Source of the DNA: Minutocellus sp. GHC0000111
Taxonomy: Eukaryota
DNA: 64,000 nt
Reading direction: 5' to 3'
Assembly (NCBI GenBank): GCA_977018835.1
Contig: OZ361256.1
Coordinates: 6,324,001 to 6,388,000, forward strand
Part shown: piece after piece, positions 59,201 to 64,000 of the stretch
How the letters are laid out: each line of letters begins with the position of its first letter
Numbering within the stretch: the first letter of the stretch is position 1
Made by a program: the position numbers and the translations under genes
The notes under the pieces: generated by a model
Seen by the model: the letters and a program-made list of their open reading frames with translations, nothing else
What the model was told of the DNA's origin: nothing
Databases searched by the model: none

Positions 59201-62200
59201 ATTCAGATCGTACTCATAGTGACAGCGACGATGACGATATGAATGCACTAAAGACGCAGCCAGAGGAAGGGCTCAGTCAACGGCATCTCTCTGAGTCTGG
59301 GTTGAGCTCTGCGAGCGAGAGCGGCGGTGATGATGATGATGATGGTGACTCAGATTACCAAAGCTCCCAACCGGCGAATAAGTCAGACCAGCAGCCACGG
59401 CAAAAGAAGCGAAGAATTGCAGCTAGGGCGTCGGAAGCAGCGTCAGGGTCAACGCTCATGACAACCGCAGGGGATACTTCAGATCTCGCCTCTGCTGCTC
59501 CTGCTGCTCCTGCAGAAGGCAAATGCCGAGCGCCATCCAAGCGGGTTCTAGCAGCTATCACGAAGAAACTGCGTGCCTTGTCAAGCCAGAATTCTCAAAA
59601 CCAGAAGGATGTCACAGAAGAATTGAAGAAACTGGCTTTGTTGTACTCGGAGCTGCATCAGATGCGCTCTCTGATGGAGTCTCCGGCTAACTTTGATTCC
59701 ATTCTCGGATCAGTTGAAGTTGGCACCAATGTGACGATTGGTACCTTCTCTTCCTCTCTCAAGTTTATGTTGAGTACGACCATAGACTCGAGCGCCAAAA
59801 TCGATGCAGAGGGACGACGGAAGCGACTCTCGGTGCTCTGTACTTGTTTGAGATTCTTTGTGGACGTTCCAGACGTTGCAGATGGAAATGTTGCGACAGA
59901 TGTCTTCAATTCCTTCTCTCGATATGGAGGTGGTCGCCCGAAATTCCCAATTGTTTCAGAGGATATGCGTGAGGCTCTCTCGGATCCCAAAATTGTATCT
60001 CAGCTCCTAATTTCGGTGCAGTGTCAGGATTCCATTCAGAAAAGGTCTAGGCCGAATCAAGTGGAGATCAAGTTACGGGCGCAGGCATCATATCTTTCGT
60101 GTGCGTGCCTCTCTTTGGTAGATCCTGGACAAGCCATTGACCAAATCCTTTCGTCCCCGTCGTCGTCATCATCCGAATCTACCAGTATCAAGAATGCTAT
60201 TGGCAATCTGCACAGGTTGGCGACATCTTTGGACACCATGGATTCGTACTCGCAAGTTGAGATGTCGCTCCTATTCCTCATTCGAATTCGGAGGATTTTG
60301 CTCGCTGTTTCTCGTGAAGGTACGAACGAACGCCGAAAGAAGATCGCTCTGAAAACTCTGAAAAAGTTGGATGAATCACTCCCATCTGTCTACCGAAACA
60401 AGATATCTCGTTTGAACATGCATCCACCTTCTACCTTGGACATGAAAGGAGGCGTTGGGCTGCCCTTTACTGCGTGGGCTCGTGAATGTAGCAAGCAAGG
60501 AAATGGACATGTCAGGACTTTCGGGTGTAAGGCAGTATGTGAGTATTTCAATCGGATTGTCTTCGAGTACTTTCTCGCCTACTGTACTTTTTCTGCTACT
60601 AATTCTTTCATTTTTGGCAACACCACAACCATTCATAGTCAACCCCGAAAACAAGGATGTTTGGGGACCAACCATCAAAGTCAAGTGCATACACGTCAAT
60701 AAGTCTTCTCTTTCCTTCTTCGTTGGTGATACTGATATCGGAGACGAAATGAATACCTTCCGATCTACCGACTCGTCTATAACCGAGGAGGATACCGATG
60801 GCGAGAATGCGTCGACAGCCGCGGCCTCGTTTCGACGCGATCGCTTGAGCATTGAGCGTCTCTACGGTACTACCAAGCTCGTAGAGACGTACTTTGATGA
60901 TTGGGAGGATCACAGCGCTTACATTAGAGAGTCCGGGGCAATCACAATTCATCTCTCTTCCGAAGGGATGAAGAGGTCGAATTTGGCACGGGCCCTCGAT
61001 GAAAAGCTACGGTCCAATGCGATTCACATTGAACTCGAAAATAGCGAATTTGCAGAATTTACCGACTTGCTCAAAGCTCGTTGTGTGGTCTTGGTTGATG
61101 GTGTTAATCAGGATGGACAGCCAGCGTCTCAGGATAGTATGGGCAGTGTGACGACCGCCTCATACAGGGAAGATGACGAATCCCGCGTATTCGAACAAGT
61201 TGAATACAATACAAGCAAGATTAGAGGTGCTCGCCGGCCTCAAGATAATACTGAGCAGTCTGATGACGATGCTGACATTGCCTCGCAGGATGATGGTATC
61301 GACGACGAAGACGGTCGCACTGATGTAGGCCTAGGGGAGGACCATGAAGGCATGGCCGTTGATCAGGAGGATTCTCCCGATAAGCGCAAACCATCGAGGC
61401 CTTCCGGGGATTCAAAAGATGCTGACATTTGCAAGCAGGCTTCCGTACCCAAGGGGAAGAAGAAGTCCTCATTGGGCAAACGGAAGGAAATTCCCGTTGA
61501 TCATAACGATGGCGATGACAATAATGACGACGATGACGCTCAAAACGAATTTGGTCTTGATACCGCCACTTCAAAGGGGGGGGGAAGGAGCAAGCACAAG
61601 AAGATTGAGGTTGATCAAGGATCTGCAAGGGCAACGAAAAAGAGTCGCCAGCAGAAGAAGCAACCGCAAATTGTGCGTGCACAGACACGGGAGGTCACTC
61701 CTCTGCCGGAATCAAATGCAAGTGGACGCAACGGCAAGCAGCCATCGAATTCCCCTACGCCCTATCGATCAAGCTCCACCAAAGGGACGTCTCAGAATCT
61801 CGACACTTCGTTTGCTCGGGTGGACGGCATGAAAAAGCCTCTGGCATCAATTTCTGCTAGTTGCTGTGCTATGTCAGTTGTCGGTGGATCGTCGACCGCT
61901 TTCAATGTGAAACAGGCCGTTTCAGATGATCTCGCGGGAGATGTCATTGAGTATGACGCAGCTCTCGGCCAAGCAGTGGCTGCTCTCAGCCATGTCAGAC
62001 ATCTGGCAAAAAAGATTGAAGATGGAGTTGGAAGATGCAAGTCAATCGATGCTGGTGGTCTTGGTAGATCTACCGAAGCTGGATATGATGAAGGAGATCA
62101 AAGCTCTTCGTCACCGGCGTTCGGGTGGATCGATGAATCGTACCATCAGGTGGCAGAGAAGCAGAAGGAATGGATCCGACAAAGAGAGTCGGTGGAGAAG

Positions 62201-62269
62201 GAGCTGATTGAATGGACTTCAGCCCGCGTCCAAAAATCAGAGCAAGAAAAAAAAGAAGAAATGAACTGA
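56216..62269 (+). CDS. Very large mostly disordered protein with a central helical + beta-rich domain and C-terminal coiled coil
   Basis: ATG 56216, 1-bp shift near 56380 into ORF 56638; intron 60539-60638 joins ORF ending 62269 in frame. Confidence 0.75.
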
Positions 62270-63783
62270 CAGTATGGTTGCATACGGCCTGCGCATGTGA
62301 TAGAATCTAGTAGTAGTTACCGCACTTGGAGCCAAGAGCGATATACGGTACAATGTGGTCTTTCTCTGATGTGTCGAGCACGGTACACACGTTGCAACGT
62401 ACCGGTAGAGAAAGCTACAGAGTGATTCCACGAGACCGCCGACAAAATCGCCGTAAATAGTAAGGCACTAGGAAATTTTTTTGTGCGATACTTTATGCAG
62501 CGCAAAAATGAACCCACTAAATGGCCTCTCTCAACACGGCGAAAGCAAGGAGAATTCATCTCCACAAGAAGGCCACCAAATGATGGTATAACGATAAATA
62601 ACTCCAAGCCAACCGATGTATACGCCAACTACATGCGTTAGGTGAGTATTGCATACTTGAAAGCAAACTCATTCGTACATCATGTGCTATTTTAGCAACA
62701 TCTCCTCATGCCCAGAAATTTTCAATATTTTTTTACCCTCAAAATGGCAAAGAATGATGGCTGATGCTTGTCTACATCCATTTCAATCCTCCCTGACCGG
62801 CATTACTTTCACTTGGGTAATATTGGGAGCAAGTTTGCGCCAGAGGGTCGATATTGGGCCCCATCTTTGTATCATTGTGGCCGTCACCATGGAAAGCAAA
62901 AACATCTGAAAGTAGCAAATCCCCAACTACAACCCCCTTCAAGCCTCAACCACTGTTCCTTCACGCAATATCAGCACGCACGATGCTCATTCTATATTAC
63001 ATCCATCGATCTCACGTGTTGGTTTGGCCGCTTTCTCCGGTTTCGTTCCTCTCGGGCGGCAGAAGCAATGAAGGTGAAATCTGGTGCCGACATCAGACAC
63101 GGGACTTTGGGAATAGTTTTCTCTATGAATTGTCAAGAAATGCCACCACCCCCCACTCAAATGCGCTTGGTATATATATGGGTGAAGCGTCGACGGCTCA
63201 GTGCAACGGAAGTGGTGCATGGACCGCATAAAAGCATCCGGACCAACTTTCGGATGGGTGGTGTAATGGGGGTGGTAATGGCGCTGGGCCACATTTCGCG
63301 GTACAGGCACGCACCGACGCACCGCTATCGCCCAAAAATCCCTTCCAGTAATATTCAGGAAGGCATCTAGGTGGTCAGAGTGTATGCGATGGCCGGGGTG
63401 GTGCTGTACATCGGGCGAACATGGTCGTGATGGAACGTCGGAAACTGTCGAAAAAATCGGGTCTAACGCGAACGAATTTTTCAAGGCTCAAAAAAGTAAT
63501 TGCAAGTCTCCTGCTGCACCACAGTGTTGTGAAAGGCTATTACAAGGGTATGGTGCCCCGTAGTCTTGATTGTTCTCAATGGGAGGCACGTCGGCGACAC
63601 ATGTTGTGGCCCCATTCGTTGAACGAAATGGGTTTTGTTTCGTTATAAAGTTTGATGTATTTTTTCTTTCTTGAAACAGCACAAGTGTATTCTACGACAT
63701 AAAAATAAATTTTCAAACAATAATGTACCAAAAGAAACACTCTAATACCGTATCTATATCATGTGCTAAAAGAGCACCAAGAT

Positions 63784-63870
63784 CATTGTACCAACTTCCT
63801 TTTATTGTTGATTATGGTCTACAATACCCTTCTGAGTAAGGATCATCAATAAAAGGAAGTTGGTACAATG
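63784..63870. repeat. 24-bp perfect inverted repeat; possible miniature TA-flanked MITE (63791-63863)
   Basis: CATTGTACCAACTTCCTTTTATTG at 63784-63807 and its reverse complement at 63847-63870. Confidence 0.75.
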
Positions 63871-64000
63871 TTTACGAAACATCGCGGAGGGGGTGTCTGC
63901 TCTCTCGTGAAATCACTCTACAAATGTAGAATCGATCCTACTAGCTAGACTATGGTCTACATAACGGGAGAGTGAATACCGGTATTCTAGATCTAGTAGC

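Noticed and set aside
62300..63780. Short ORFs at the right end
   Set aside because: No recognisable motifs or coding bias; may be part of a degenerate repeat but ends could not be defined.

Overview
Eukaryotic, intron-containing DNA, most likely a diatom-like stramenopile (short GT-AG introns, bipartite plastid-type presequences, RXL-motif secreted protein). The right third (45-62 kb) is an ordinary gene-dense block: Cys-rich secreted protein, RsmJ-like and METTL2/6-like methyltransferases, cohesin SCC3/STAG and a very large divergent protein with a possible SYCP2/Red1-like core. The region 4-44 kb is a rearrangement hotspot dominated by three families of DEKWF-type Tc1/mariner elements (A, B, C) plus a non-autonomous TIR element, with truncated, chimeric or duplicated host genes (acyl-CoA oxidase, cystathionine gamma-lyase, NRS/ER, BTB protein, MFS, TadA). 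Main observations: (1) a directional TpA->TpG/CpA hypermutation signature on the transposons, visible in their target-site duplications, in copy-to-copy differences and in lost Tyr codons; (2) an apparent 8.4-kb composite mariner with 2.6-kb inverted arms carrying host gene fragments; (3) mariners with a second, antisense ORF; (4) a FAAL-ACP protein ending in a CaaX box and split by one in-frame TAG; (5) a (TTAGGG) seed at the exact break of the ACOX gene. Several host genes have 1-bp homopolymer frameshifts that look like assembly errors. All comparisons and counts were done by eye; family assignments are from remembered motifs.
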